Origin: Octopus bimaculoides
Taxonomy: Eukaryota
Length of the DNA: 54,003 nt
Direction: 5' to 3'
Assembly: GCF_001194135.2 (NCBI RefSeq)
Contig: NC_068990.1
Coordinates: forward strand, 34,763,258-34,817,260
In this document: positions 24,661 to 38,411 of the stretch, piece by piece
Position numbering within the stretch: position 1 is the first letter of the stretch
Layout of the letters: each line of letters begins with the position of its first letter
Notes under the pieces: generated by a model
Told to the model about the DNA's origin: nothing
Database searches by the model: none
Seen by the model: only the letters and a program-made list of their open reading frames with translations
Program-made: the position numbers and the translations under genes

Positions 24661-25234
24661 ATAGTTTCTCAACGTGGCTACTACAAATTAATAACCGCAC
24701 AATTCTATGTCTCTGTCTCTACCTCACCCAATTTTCTTTGCCGCTTTACATCAGACCACCCGGTTTAATGGTTTTCCACAACTTTCATGACATCAGTTCT
24801 CTCTTCTCGATCGTAAAACTATATTTTCACTACTATATATGCATACACACACGCTCGCGCAATGACACACCCTTACATATATATGTATATATGTACGTAT
24901 TGCTTGTATGTATGTATGTATGTATGTATGTATGTATGCATGTATGTATGTATGTATGCATGCATGTATGTATGTATGTATGTATGTATGTATGTATGTA
25001 TGTATGCATGTATGTATATTTCTGTATGTATATATATTGTGTCTGGCCAGTATTTCTTGTTTGTAAGACGTCGGTGTCGGCTATAAAAGCTGATAATCTA
25101 AGATGTCGGAAATTTATTTGAAGTCTCATAAGATCGGTCAGCCATTACACTGTGCAAGATATTAAAAACCTATGGTGTCTTAGATTAAAATAGCATAGCG
25201 AATCAAAGATATTTGCAATAGTGTCTTCTTGTCG

Positions 25235-25435
25235 TTGTTGCTGCTCCTTAACCCCAGGCAAATTCTGCTCTTGCCCTCCTATGTTAAAGTTCCTTGCCAG
25301 TCTACTATCATCTATAGATACTTTAACATTTTCTAATGTATCTTTCCTTTTTTAAAACAGTCGAATGTGATTTCAGGGAAACTTTTCAACTATTTCTAGC
25401 AGGCTGAACGACCACAAAGAAGTTCTCTAGTTGAC
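25235..25435 (+). repeat. Dispersed repeat family C copy
   Basis: TGTGATTTCAGGGAAACTTTTCAACTATTTCTAGCAGG; related segments at 29735, 31615, 31965 and 34650. Confidence 0.55.
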
Positions 25436-25684
25436 TCTTATACCAATATTAATTTCTTTGTTTACTACACTGAGAAGAATGACTAGTATAGCCCGACTCG
25501 CAGTAGAGATAAAATAGAAATGCTTTCGTGAAGGACATTAGCTGAGCAAATATAGTGAACAAGCTGAAATAGTGTTTCCAAAAATTGACCTCAAATTCTT
25601 TTTACCTGTATATTTTTATTAATGCGCCAGTCGATAATCTATACAAAAATATATTGACATAGACATACAAAAAGCATGATTGTA

Positions 25685-25830
25685 TAGGTTAGAAGTTCAT
25701 CTTGGAACTACGTGGTCTTGGGTTCCATCTTAGCACGATAAAACGTTGGAAAATGCCATCTAATACTTCCTCGGGTTAACTAAAGTTTTTGAGTGAAAAT
25801 TCGGTTGACGAAACACCCGGCTATCTATTT
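25685..25830 (+). mobile_element. Degenerate SINE family A head
   Basis: ACGTGGTCTTGGGTTCCATC...CCTCGGGTTAACTAAAGTTTTTGAGTG aligns loosely to 9162-9325. Confidence 0.4.
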
Positions 25831-27665
25831 AACGGAAATCAATGTAATGCAGACATTTGAGTCAGGTCTCTGTCCTGAGGACAAAAATCTCCCACCTTCC
25901 AGCGATCGAAGCAATAAAAAGTGGTAATGAAAGCTGCTATTCCACCTGTTACTGCTGTCAAAGTAATGAGTGAGTCACCACTTGTTAAAAGTAATTGCCA
26001 ACTCGTCTCAAATCACAATCTATATCGTTAAAAAGAAAGAAAAAAAAAACCCAAACCCCCCAAAACAATAAAACAGACTTGAAATGTCTGGTTTTCATCT
26101 GACGTCTCGTATACGAAACGTTATAGTAAAGATCAGTGCTGGCTATAATTTATATAGAATATCTGTAGAAATAACCTTAACAAAATAATGCAAAGCGCAC
26201 TGCTAACGCAGTAGAACGCGGTATCGGACTATAAGAACATTTAATATACTTTATAGCATATTATGGTTGCATAACGAAATACTATGTACCGACAAATGAT
26301 TAGTACACTGAGTATGTAAAAGACGGAATAGTAATGATTAGTATGTCTTTGGTTGTAGATGTGGTCAATTACGGCTGACTGTGAGCTGAACAACAAAAAA
26401 TAACAATAAAAACATTATCATAGTTAATAGTAGGATAAGAACCTTGCTCGGATGCTAATCAGCTTATTCATTGTATGAGATAAGATTTATTATCAGGCAC
26501 AATCATAAGACATTATAAGAAACAGAAATAAAAACGCTAAAAGTTTACAGGAATATAAAATACGAAATGAAACATATTTACAGAAGGAACATATTGATGT
26601 GAATATCAAAGAAAAGATTTCTAAAATAAAAACAAAATGAAGCAATAATTTATGACATCACTTTATGGTAAACTGTCTTTAAAACACTCCTATCTAGAAC
26701 TGTCTTCGGCTATATTTGTTACGTAATTATATATTCAGCCAATCAAAACACATACGCTGATACAAACAGGAGTTTAATCGTTTCTAGATTTTTCTTCAAT
26801 GTGGAGAATGTCGAAGACTACAGGAGCAGCTAAAAACAAGTCGAAGCTTTATGTTTATACCCAAGCATCTTAGCTTTCAACATGGCCACACCTATCAAAA
26901 AGAATAGTTATTATACACACACACACACGCACGCACGCTCATACACACACACACACACACATATATATATACATATGAATACACACGCACACACACACAC
27001 ACATATATGCATATATACATCTATTTGAATATGTATGCATGGATATATAGTTATAGGTATAGGTATTTTATGTGTTTGTGTGTATATACATTATCTGTGT
27101 CTGTGTGTGCGTGTGTGTGTGTGTGAGTAGATGTATGTGTGTGTGTGTGTATGTGTGAGTATTTGTGACTATCTGCTCTCGATCAGAGAAAATATGTTCA
27201 ATACTTAGATACAAAGCAGATTTTTTATGAGAATCTGAAGGTACTTGAATTATAATTTTGACATCCATGCCCTCGTAACTTTAATATCAACAAATCACGC
27301 GATGAATTTTACTAAACGAATCATTAGTCCCTATAAATCACGATTCAGTCACGTGTCGTGACCGCTAAATTAAGTGAAAGGATATCAGCCACCTCTTATG
27401 AAGAATGCATTTTCGATTGAGGAGCAAATAAAAAAATAATGCAGTAACATGTAGTGGGTTGCAAGAACCATCAAATGCAACATTAATATGAAAAGTAAAA
27501 CAAAAAGGAATGTCATCATATTTAGTAAGTCTGCTGGAAAAGATTTTTTCTATTTTCTAAAAATGCACTTTCCTCCCGGACATATGTATAAGAAACCCTT
27601 CAAACCAAATCATATTAACTTAGCTATTCAACGCTAATGAACTCTACGAATATACTACAATAATG

Positions 27666-27795
27666 GTTTCTAATTGTGATACAAGGCCCGCGATCTCAAG
27701 AGGAGTAGTTAGTCGTGCCACAGACTCTTGTACTTGACTGGTAATTTATTTTATCGACTCGAAAACTATAAACGAATTCAAATTCAGAAGTTCAC
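27666..27795 (-). mobile_element. Degenerate SINE family B copy
   Basis: TTTCTAATTGTGATACAAGGCC...GTACTTGACTGGTAATTTATTTTATCGACTCGAAA. Confidence 0.55.
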
Positions 27796-28691
27796 AGAAG
27801 CAATTCACTGCGAGCTTCTTAAGTCCTATTTGTCATTTAGAAATTAATAATATTACCTTCAATAATAATAGGCCCCTTGTTAAACTCAGCTAAAGCATGT
27901 ACACAATCAAACTTATAATCTAAGGATACTTAGTAAATTCTTTATATTAAACATTGCATACAACATTGAACAAGTGAACGTAATTAAGTTTGACATGTTG
28001 ACATATGCATCGTTATTTACTTAAACATCACGTAAGTATTTTCAAAAATATATTTCTAGGGAAAACAACTTAGAATTGACATTATAGCGTTAAGATTCCC
28101 ATTCAATATATGTTTCCTACTATATTTCTGGTTAATGCAAATCGAGTTATATACAAAATAATATTTTCCTTCAACGATCCTTTTCCATGTGAAACGAAGA
28201 TTTGAATATTTATTCTGAAAATATTCCAGCAGTCTTAAGTGCAAAAATGCTTGTCGTTGTTGTGTACGTTACAGGAGAAAAACTTCTTCGTTGTACGATA
28301 ACAGAGAATTCATTACACTCTCAGGTCTCGTCACAAAAGATTCTCACACACAAGTAAATCGACATATTCTGTCCTGTCAGTCAGAAGTACAGGCACATTT
28401 GAGCCAAAACAAGTCACTGGCTTTGTTCATAATTTCAGTGAACAAACTCGTTTGTTGATCAGTGCTAATATCTGCCAAGTGATAAAAAGAATTGATATTT
28501 GTACTGTGTATAGCGAGATATGAAACGGTGACTTGGCACATACAAAAGTTTATTCAGGTAAATATGAAGAATATATGAAATTATAAGAGACGAGTGAAAT
28601 AAAAGAGGGGAAAAGAAAAGAAACAATGAAATTGTTGCTGTAGCTATTGATTAGATGTTGCAATTGGTCATGTTTTTGATGTTGTTACTAT

Positions 28692-29136
28692 TTCTTTTTT
28701 ACTTGTTTCACTCATTAGATTGCAGCCATTTAAAAAATTTTTTAGTCGAATGCATCAACCCTTGTATTTATTTATTTAAGCGCAGTACTTTTTCTATCGA
28801 TATGTCTTACCGAATCACTAATTGACGGGGACATAAACACACCATCAAGAGTTGTCAAGAAGTGTTGGGGGTACATACAGATACAAATACAGACAGACGC
28901 ACAAAGACACACACACACGCATTCACACACACACACAAAGGCACAGACAGACAGACAGACAGCTACTCACACACATATACGACGAACTTCTTTCAAATCC
29001 GCCTATCAAATTGACTCACAAGGCTTTGGTTGGCACGAGACTATAAGCAGAAGATACTTCCCCGAGGTGCCATGTAGTGGGACTGAACCCGGAACCATGG
29101 TGTTGGGAAGCAAGCTTCTTACTACACAGCCACGCC
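28692..29136 (-). mobile_element. Near full-length SINE family A with an internal (CA)n/(CAGA)n tract
   Basis: tRNA-like head at 28975-29136 (reverse of GGCGTGGCTGTGTAGTAAGAAGCTTGCTTCCC...GGTTCCGGGTTCAGTCCC), central microsatellite, and a 3' part matching 16942 and 33445. Confidence 0.85.
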
Positions 29137-29734
29137 AGATATTGAAACTTGATGATACCACCAACGAAACATATTTTTATATTCATCCCTACCGATGCAA
29201 CCCCACCCCACCGTAGATTTCGATGGGGTTCATCTGTTCAGTCGTATAACTTTTGCACTTGTGCCTACGCTTATTAATATACTGTTGCAAGAATTTCATA
29301 AAGGTGAAATGCATTTTAGTAAGTGAAAGATTTTGTGATATTTAGCATTTTGATCTTTCTGAGACATTCCTTGTGATGAAAAGATCACAGTTTCAATTCA
29401 CGAGCAGACAGCTTCATTTTCCCTTGATTCACCCCCTGGGGATATTGTGATCGCGAGATTATTTATACGCCATGGAAAACCGGAGCTCGGCCTGATGAGT
29501 CTAAGGTGTCAAGACCGTAGTGACCAGGGATTTGTTTTTGTTCCTTTTTAACGTTCATTTCTCACACTACGCTTTGAAGCCTCAGATCCGATCCGATCCA
29601 GTTCAGTAGAGCTAAGTTTAAAGACAATCCAACCGTCGTATTGAAATTGTTTCTCCAGAACAACTTTATATAATATCTCGATATCTCATAGGTTTTCTAA
29701 GTGAGAATCAAAAATTTTTAGCTCCTCTCTCTAG

Positions 29735-29832
29735 CATATCGAGCAACTATGTATAAGTTGATCTGTAATCAAAGATTTTCCAGCCATGACCATCCTGTCT
29801 TTATGTAAGACTACACTAGTCGACATTTCTCC

Positions 29833-29892
<60 letters not shown>

Positions 29893-29985
29893 TTAAGTTT
29901 AGTGTGTGATTTTAGAGGAGTTTGGCAGTTAGATCCTGCACATCAAACAATCACGTTGAAGCACCCTCATTGGAAAGAAAATCTG
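29735..29985 (+). repeat. Dispersed repeat family C copy interrupted by (ATT)n
   Basis: GATCTGTAATCAAAGATTTTCCAGCCATGACCATCCTGTC...GTGTGATTTTAGAGGAGTTTGGCAG. Confidence 0.55.
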
Positions 29986-30617
29986 TGAAAGCATTTCTCA
30001 CTGGTGGAATCATCCGGTGTTCAATATCTACGTGAGACATTCACAAATTACACTAGCAGAAAAAAACCAACAATAACATAAAAAAAACTGAAAAATATCT
30101 TGTCATCAACTACAGCAGCAACAATTTTATTTATTCCCGTTCTTTCTCGTCTGTATTTCGATCCTTTCTTATAATTTCATATATTCTTCGTGTTTAACTT
30201 TTTTCTCATTTGCCTCGCTTTGCTTATAATTTTCCCAGTTATCTCTCCCTCTCAATATCTTTAGCTATAAATGTATATGTGTGAATATATGTGTGTTTAT
30301 ATATATATATATATATACGATTATATCCATATCTACATCTGTATATACATACACATACATACACACATATATATCTTCGTATGAGTGCGTGCATNNNNNN
30401 NNNNNNNNNNNNNNNNNNNNNNNNNNNNNNNNNNNNNNNNNNNNNNNNNNNNNNNNNNNNNNNNNNNNNNNNNNNNNNNNNNNNNNNNNNNNNNNNNNNN
30501 NNNNNNNNNNNNNNNNNNNNNNNNNNNNNNNNNNNNNNNNNNNNNNNNNNNNNNNNNNNNNNNNNNNNNNNNNNNNNNNNNNNNNNNNNNNNNNNNNNNN
30601 NNNNNNNNNNNNNNNNN

Positions 30618-30656
<39 letters not shown>

Positions 30657-31077
30657 TCTGCTTTCTCTCTCTCCTGCTTTCTCTCTCACCCACTATACAT
30701 ACATTCATTCATACATACACACACCATTCATACATCCACGTGCTCAAATACACATCATCATCCGCTGTCTTTCTCTATTTTTTTTTTCCAGTTTTCTTAC
30801 ACTTTTTCCTTCGTTCTTTACCTTTTTCTCATTCACTCTTCTGTGTTTTTTTAAATTTTTTCATCAGTCTCTTTTTCTTATTCTTCCTTTATCTTTAATT
30901 TCTCCACCAAACTCTCCTGCTTCCCTTCCTACCCCTCCATCCATTCTCCCATAAAACCTCTGTCTCTCTCTTTCTCTCTCTCTGTTTTTCTCTTTCATTC
31001 ACTCTGCTCACCTCTCTACATGTCTTATACACTTTTAACACTTTCTTTCTACCTCCATTCATCCATCTAACTGACCC

Positions 31078-31113
<36 letters not shown>

Positions 31114-31317
31114 CTTTCTCCTTCCAACCCTCTCTTACCACTCTTCCCGTCGAAACTTTGATATAGAATCAATCAATGGAGTCTTTGAAATTATATTGAA
31201 CAGCCATTCCTTTCATACAAACCAATGATCAATCATTTTACAGACAAAATTTAACGTTTTTTCTTTTCATTTCTTCCATTTTGTTCTCAGTAATAACTTT
31301 TCTTTTATTTATTCATT

Positions 31318-31341
31318 TTATATTATTATTATTATTATCAT

Positions 31342-31420
<79 letters not shown>
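31318..31420. repeat. (ATT)n/(ACT)n microsatellite
   Basis: Directly visible. Confidence 0.95.
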
Positions 31421-31422
<2 letters not shown>

Positions 31423-31448
31423 CTTTTTGTTTTCCCCTTTCTCTATAG

Positions 31449-31560
31449 CTATCCATTCGAAGTAGAGTATGGCATAGAACTTGCGTTACCGCTGTCGTTT
31501 GTCTGTGGAATTCAACGGTGGAACTACTCGGCAGTAAAAGTTGGTGGCGAATTTTTGTAG
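31449..31560 (+). other. Candidate exon
   Basis: Very strong acceptor TTCCTTTTTGTTTTCCCCTTTCTCTATAG|C; GC-richer island; phase-2 frame YPFEVEYGIELALPLSFVCGIQRWNYSAVKVGGEFL*; no clear donor. Confidence 0.25.
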
Positions 31561-31964
31561 TAGAGTTTAGTGTTTGTTGTTGTTGTTATTATTGTTTTTT
31601 GTTGTTATTCAGTTAAAATGTCAGCCCTGATTGAGCAGGCCTATGATCAAAGGAGTTCTAACCATGACCATCCCTATTTTATATAGATATGTGTGTGTGC
31701 GTGTGTGTGTGTGTACGCGTCTATATGCATATATANNNNNNNNNNNNNNNNNNNNNNNNNNNNNNNNNNNNNNNNNNNNNNNNNNNNNNNNNNNATATAT
31801 ATATATGTATATATACAAATATATTGCATATATGTAAAGCTATGTCCAATATGCTTTTCCTTTTTTAAAGATGGTAGTGTTTAATCTCACTGAAATTCAA
31901 TTGCTTACTCTAGCAGTAGCAAACGGAATAGGATTTAGCAACTGTTGTTGTTATCTAACTGCAA

Positions 31965-32150
31965 GTCATCCTTGACAGATAATTCTTATAATCAAAGACA
32001 TTTCTGCCATGACCTTCCCATCATTTCAAGGGTAAATATGTAAGTATATTATCTAACTCGTCATTTCATTATTTCACATTCTTGGTCGTGATTTATGTGG
32101 GGTTGCTCTTTCTAGCAGGGTGACTGACTGCGTTACAAGTCCATCATTGG
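31965..32150 (+). repeat. Dispersed repeat family C copy
   Basis: TATAATCAAAGACATTTCTGCCATGACCTTCCC...GTGATTTATGTGGGGTTGCTCTTTCTAGCAGG. Confidence 0.55.
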
Positions 32151-32355
32151 TTCACGTGTTTAGTGAGTGCATCTTGGTGATGGAATAAAGGTGCGTTATC
32201 AAAGTGTGGAGATTTATGATTGGTGTTAGAATAAAGGAGTAGTATTAATGGGTGAAATTTAGTGAGTGTAATTCCACAGTAAAGTACAAAGATTGCTTTA
32301 AAGAGTGGAGTTTAACGATCGAAGGTTGTTGGTGAAGTTATAGTAGTAATATTAG

Positions 32356-32570
32356 ATTCAAATTTTGGGATAAGGCAAGCGATTTTGGGGAAGGGGCTGA
32401 ATCTATCACGCAGACCCCAGTGATTAACTGGAAATATTTTATCCACTCCGAAATGTTAAAAGCCGAGATCGACCTCGGCGGAATTTTAACTTATATTTTA
32501 ATGTAAAGACGAACGAAACGTTGCTAAGGATTTGGTCTGGCGTGTTAAGGGGCCCGGCAACTTGCTGCCT
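32356..32570 (-). mobile_element. SINE family B copy
   Basis: TCAAATTTTGGGATAAGGC...GACCCCAGTG...GACCTCGGCGGAATTT aligns with 32634-32833. Confidence 0.75.
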
Positions 32571-32633
32571 TAGTGTAAAGTAGTAATATTAAAAAGTGAA
32601 GTCTAATGTTATAGGGTAATGGGGTAATATTGA

Positions 32634-32833
32634 TTTCAAATTTCGGCACAAGGCCAGCAATTTCAAGGACCGTGTAAGTCGATTACATCGACCCCAGTGC
32701 TCAACTGGTACTTAGTTTACCGACCCCGAAATGATGAAAGACAAAGTCGGCCTCGGCGGAATTTGAATTCAGAACCTGAAGACGGACGAAATAGCGCTAA
32801 GCATTCTCTCTAACGATTCTGCCAGCTTGCCTT
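32634..32833 (-). mobile_element. tRNA-headed SINE family B (best-preserved copy)
   Basis: Minus strand: A-box-like GCTGGCAGAATCGTTAG, B-box-like GAATTCAAATTCC, core CTTTCATCATTTCGGGGTCGGTAAACTAAGTACCAG, tail GCTGGCCTTGTGCCGAAATTTGAAA. Confidence 0.85.
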
Positions 32834-33444
32834 CATAAGTAATGGAGTAATATCAAGGAGGGGCGTTTTAGTGAATTTAGTGTACGTAAATGATGGTTGT
32901 CGTCTATTAAACAGTAGCACGAGTTTTATTCGATGCAGACTGGAATGTTTACACGTGTAGCAACGTAGAAAGTTGTCTTTATGAAGGACTAACGACGAAG
33001 TGGCAGTGAATTCTATCTGTGAAGAGAATGTTAAATATTTATGATATTTAGAGGATCTCAAACATACATTAATATTCTGAACGATCATTAGAATTTCTAA
33101 TACATGTTAATTATAAATTATATGAATATTTTAATTGTTTATAGGTGGAGATAACTGATTTAATGTTGTCTGTTTCCATGTAATGTTTAGTGACTGGGTT
33201 TTCCTGATGTTGATAAAAACTAGATAGCCATGTTTTTGTTAGAGAATAATTTGAAGGAATTTCTTCTTGGAATTAGTCGATGTTCTCGCAAGAGAGATCC
33301 AGGCTGTGTGCAGGAAAAGATGTTTATTTAGAAACCTTTATTGAGGAACGAGGACATCTTGTAAATAGATATGTTTGTGTGTGCATGCATGTGTATATTG
33401 CAATAACAGGGAGAAAATCGTTGATGTATATATGAATACACATA

Positions 33445-33734
33445 TACTCTCTTTTACTTGTTTCAGTCATTTGACTGTGGCCATGCTGGAGCACCACCTT
33501 TAGTCGAGCAAATCGACCCCAGGACTTATTCTTTGGAATCCTAGTACTTATTCTATCAGTCTCTTTTGCCGAACCTCTAAGTTACGGGGACGTAAACACA
33601 CCAGCATCGGTTGTGAGGCGATGTTGGGGGGACAAACACAGACACGCAAACATATACACACACATACATATATATACATATACATATATACGACAGGCTT
33701 TTTTCAGTTTCCGTCTACCAAATCCATTCACAAG
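33445..33734 (-). mobile_element. SINE family A (truncated by gap)
   Basis: CTTTTACTTGTTTCAGTCATTTGACTGTGGCCATGCTGGAGCACC...TTTCAGTTTCCGTCTACCAAATCCATTCACAAG. Confidence 0.85.
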
Positions 33735-33999
33735 NNNNNNNNNNNNNNNNNNNNNNNNNNNNNNNNNNNNNNNNNNNNNNNNNNNNNNNNNNNNNNNNNN
33801 NNNNNNNNNNNNNNNNNNNNNNNNNNNNNNNNNNNNNNNNNNNNNNNNNNNNNNNNNNNNNNNNNNNNNNNNNNNTGAATATGTCTATTTCTAGTAATTT
33901 ATTTCAAATGGTACAGATATCTTAGGGTAATAAATTAAGAAGAGAAAGACATAAGAAGTGCAATTCTATAACAATGATTTTTACATCAAATATTTTTAT

Positions 34000-34192
34000 A
34001 AAATTTTGGCAGACGACCAGAAATTTTTGGGAGGAGGGAGTAGATAGTTACCGTCAAGCTCGAAGGATTTGTCAATTCTTCCCGAACGTGTCAAAGGTAA
34101 AGTTAACAACGGCGAGTTTAAAACTTAGAAAATAAAGAACCCGAATAAATTAAGCAAGACATTTTTCCCGACGTTATAACAATTCTGCCAGA
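34000..34192 (-). mobile_element. Degenerate SINE family B copy
   Basis: AAAATTTTGGCAGACGACCAGAAATTTTTGGGAGG...AAAGGTAAAGTTAAC...ACAATTCTGCCAG. Confidence 0.6.
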
Positions 34193-35159
34193 ATACCGTT
34201 TGCATTGAAGTGAAATGAAATGGTTTCAAACCTGTATCTGAAGGCGTGTCAGCTGGCAGGGAGATTATATGCGGATCTATGCCGCTCCCTTGGTATTCTC
34301 TCATCAACAATCCTCTTCTCATTCCCCTATTGACATAATGACAAAAATGTATGAACTATGCACGTGTAATGAAATCGATCTTGCAATTTGATCAAGCAAA
34401 GCAGAGAGACGTTGTTAACGTTGATGGAGATGATGTTATTTGGTCTGAAATTATCGCTGATGCTGCACATCTCAAACTAAAGTATCCCTAGCATCTTTTT
34501 AAATATCCATGTATTTACACATGTATACATATAAGCAAGTATGTACACAGACACACATTCTATATACATCTGTACACACACACATACAGACACACACACA
34601 CATTTTTATTATGACCGCGACTTCTTTTGAAAATGATAGCAATTGTCTTCAGATGGTTTTGTAGCTTTTCTAGCAGAATGAACCAGCGCATAGGGGCGCA
34701 TAGGGGCTCCCTCGCTGGTTCGTATTTGCGTGAGAGAGATGAAGATTGATAAAAAGGGATAGAGTGAGAGAGAGAGTGGCAGAGAGAGATGGGTAGATAA
34801 AGACAGAGACAGAGTGGTTGGTCATATTTGTCATCACCGCCATGATATTATCTCATCGTCTTGTCCGTCATCAAATCAATCTTCAAATGAACTGGTTAAC
34901 CTAACTGAAAAATCATCGATCATCGATCACGGAAATGTATGCAGCTTCATTCTACTTCCAGTCTGTTTATATTAGAACTATTCAACAAATGATCAATAAA
35001 CGTTTCGATAAATCCGATAAAATCTACAATACTATCAGCGCAATATTATATTAATGCAGAAATATAAGAACATAAGAAAATATATTATACCACGTATATA
35101 TATGCGGTAATATATATGTATATATATATATATGTATGTAATATATATATATATGTATG

Positions 35160-35212
<53 letters not shown>

Positions 35213-35370
35213 NNNNNNNNNNNNNNNNNNNNNNNNNNNNNNNNNNNNNNNNNNNNNNNNNNNNNNNNNNNNNNNNNNNNNNNNNNNNNNNNNNNNNNNN
35301 NNNNNNNNNNTATGTAATATATTAATATAAGAACATAAGAAAATGTATTATACCGCATATATATATGCAG

Positions 35371-35445
<75 letters not shown>

Positions 35446-38411
35446 CACCACAGACACATACACGCAACACACACACATGTATGTATATGAGAATGAAACT
35501 ATGGTAACAATCTTATGGATGTTGCCACATTATGACGACGTTTGCTTCCTACACCAAGCTTCTCGTCTTATGTTCTCAATATCAATGCCATAGAATACTG
35601 ATTTTCTTTAAAAGTATACTCGAGACAAATATATTCTTTATTGTTATTGATCAATAAATGACATTTACTGCACGAAAGAAAACTTGTGGCGAGGCCGAAA
35701 TTCATAAACGACTCCGGAGAAATATTTTAACGACAGTTGATATATAAAATATATTAATGGACATTAATATGGTAATATAAAGTTACAGGTTTTCTTCCAC
35801 TCAGTTGTTATTGATTCAAAATTGCTTGAAGGACTCAACATGTCGCTGATGGTGGTGTCTATTTTGCTTTTAAGACTACCTGTCCACATTGGTTAAATGT
35901 GGGCTGGACAGGTTGCTCAAGTAGTAGGGTTATGCGCTCGGCCTGTCGCCATCGAAGCGGAAGTTGAACTCTGAACAGATACCACTAAGCATTTCATGCG
36001 ATATTTAAACAATTCCACCCATCCACGATTCTGCTTTTCATCTGTCGATCCGAGATGATGGAAAAAAAAAAAACCTCGGTAGGATGTTAACACAGAATGC
36101 AGACAGCCGGAACGAACACCGCAAGGAGTTTTATCCAAAACTTTAGCAATGCTCTTAATTCGCAACATAAGTGTGTATCTATAGAATATGAAAATATGCG
36201 TATGGGTAGATGTACTCGGAGCGTGACAAGTATTCTTCAGACACAGAATCCACGAATACATTATCATTTGATTCTCTTTCTGATGAATTTCTAATAGGCC
36301 ATATCTTGCATGTATTTCCTACCTGTATAATTTTGTAATTCCTGCTGGTAAATGAAACGATTGTAATGGTGAATAAATAATTCCAAAAATTTTTCCCAAT
36401 CTCCTGTGTTGCTATATGTATGTATATTGAGTGTGTGTCTGTGTGTACGTGCCTATGCCTTGTTGTATACTTGCTTATGTGTAGGAATAAGATTGATTGT
36501 ATGGATGCTATTTCAGACTGTTCTTTGTTTATATTAGTAAGAATGTACAAATATAATATATGCATATCTGTACTTATGCATATATGTATGTATCTATACG
36601 AAGTTTCTTATTCAAGTCTTTGAATTATTTAAAAAAACATTGAACTGGTTTCTATAAAAAGAAAAAGAAAAGAAAAGACACATGTAGGAGTTTAGACAAT
36701 CTTGACGATTTACATGTTTCCAATAAAGTAAAGTGCGTGTGAGGTTGAGGCTTTTGGCTAAAAACCTCAGCAATACGGACTCGCGATTAAACACTTGCTA
36801 AGAGAGATGAAGGTAAATTATTATATATATAAAGAAATAAGAATTTAGAATTAACGTAGTGAAGCTATAGGTTTCGAAGTAGTTGTTAGGCAATTTCTCT
36901 TTCTGATACATTTAAGATACAAAAAAAAACGAAGTTCAATCTGCAGAGAAGCTGATCTATATGTCTGTACATGACTCTCTGTCTAACGATTAATATCAGG
37001 CCTGTTACTCTTGTAATTGGAGAAGTCCTGCATAAGAATGTTTTTCTAATGTTCTTTTGTTGAAGTGTACGTAGTCGATAACAACCGCATAATTTATATT
37101 TGTCTTATAGTAGATTTTCATACAGATAGTCTTGTATATTTTTATAAAAACAATACCATATCACATTAAATAGAAGTAGATTAACGATATTTGGGTATTG
37201 CTGCTTATCACATGTGTGATATCTGCCGCAGAAATATAATATATTCCAAATTTGTGGCTGTATCATATAGTGTAAGTGCTTTGCTGTGCATTTTGTCTAA
37301 CAGATACTTTATAGCTAACTCCTGTTCTTGAATTACAAAACCATAACAATTACAGTTCACACGTCAAGAGAGGTTATATATCTTGTCGAGATTTGCATCA
37401 TTTTCGAGTCTGCTGGAAATATTCTATTGCTTGACCTTTTGTTACATGTGTTTTTCCGACTAGATTTGTGTTGAAGCAGACTAGTATTTCCGATCCGAGA
37501 CTGTATGGAACGTCATTGAGTGCTGAATACTTCTTCAGTCAGAACAAGGAAACGTGCGTCTAGTTACGGCCAACATAAATAATAATCACATCGTAGAAAA
37601 TCAATTTAGCCAACTATAAACATACGAAAATGATAAAGTTCATTGTACATCTATGTCTTTATGTGTCAAAATTTTCGTTGGACCCTTACAATATGATCGC
37701 AAGCACAGTTCTTTTAAAGCTGCTTATAACTCAGTTTCACTTTCTTTATGGGTCTAGTGTGTAAATGCAATTCGACCCTTTTACCTTCGGTCGTCGTTAG
37801 TCACTTCCAGGTTTCAATCTTTTGTCTTTTTATCTTGTATGAATACAACCTTTCCACTTTTTTTTTAAACATTCATCCTTATTCTTTTTGTCTCCATCTT
37901 CTTTGATTGTCATGCTGGTTAACTTTGAAATTATATTTTACACCGTGATAATGTATATGGTAGTTTATTATGTATAAAGTGTTTTTATGTGTTCTTAATG
38001 TGAAAGTCTATAGAAATTAAATGGTTGCAGTGGAGTTTAAATCTATGTAGCAAGAACTTTACTTCCATGAAGTTATATATGTACCAAAAATGTCTTATGT
38101 TGTTTATACATAGCGAACGTAGTATGCGTGGTTACAAATCTAACAATCACGACAATGGAGAAGATTATAAAAACAAAAAACAAAAAAAACAAAACTAGGA
38201 AACATTTTTTTTAAAATGTGGTAGGCGGTGATAGTTATTTGTTGCCACTAAGAAATTGTTTATATGTATGTGAGACTAACGAAAAACAGAAGTAAGATTA
38301 AATAATATTTAGACAACAGACCAACATATATCCGTATCTTCAACAAGTAAAAGACTGAAGCTTTTAAGAACATAGCAGTGACTAAGTTCAAAACATCTGT
38401 ATAGACCTCAC

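Noticed and set aside
29475-29525. CTGATGA-GTCT...AGAC as a hammerhead core
   Set aside because: The GAAA box is missing after stem II (CGTAG instead)
34650-34725. 9-bp hairpin GAACCAGCG...CGCTGGTTC with an internal 10-bp tandem repeat, as a regulatory RNA element
   Set aside because: Better explained as the 3' part of a family C repeat (TTTCTAGCAG...GGCTCCCTC) with a small internal duplication
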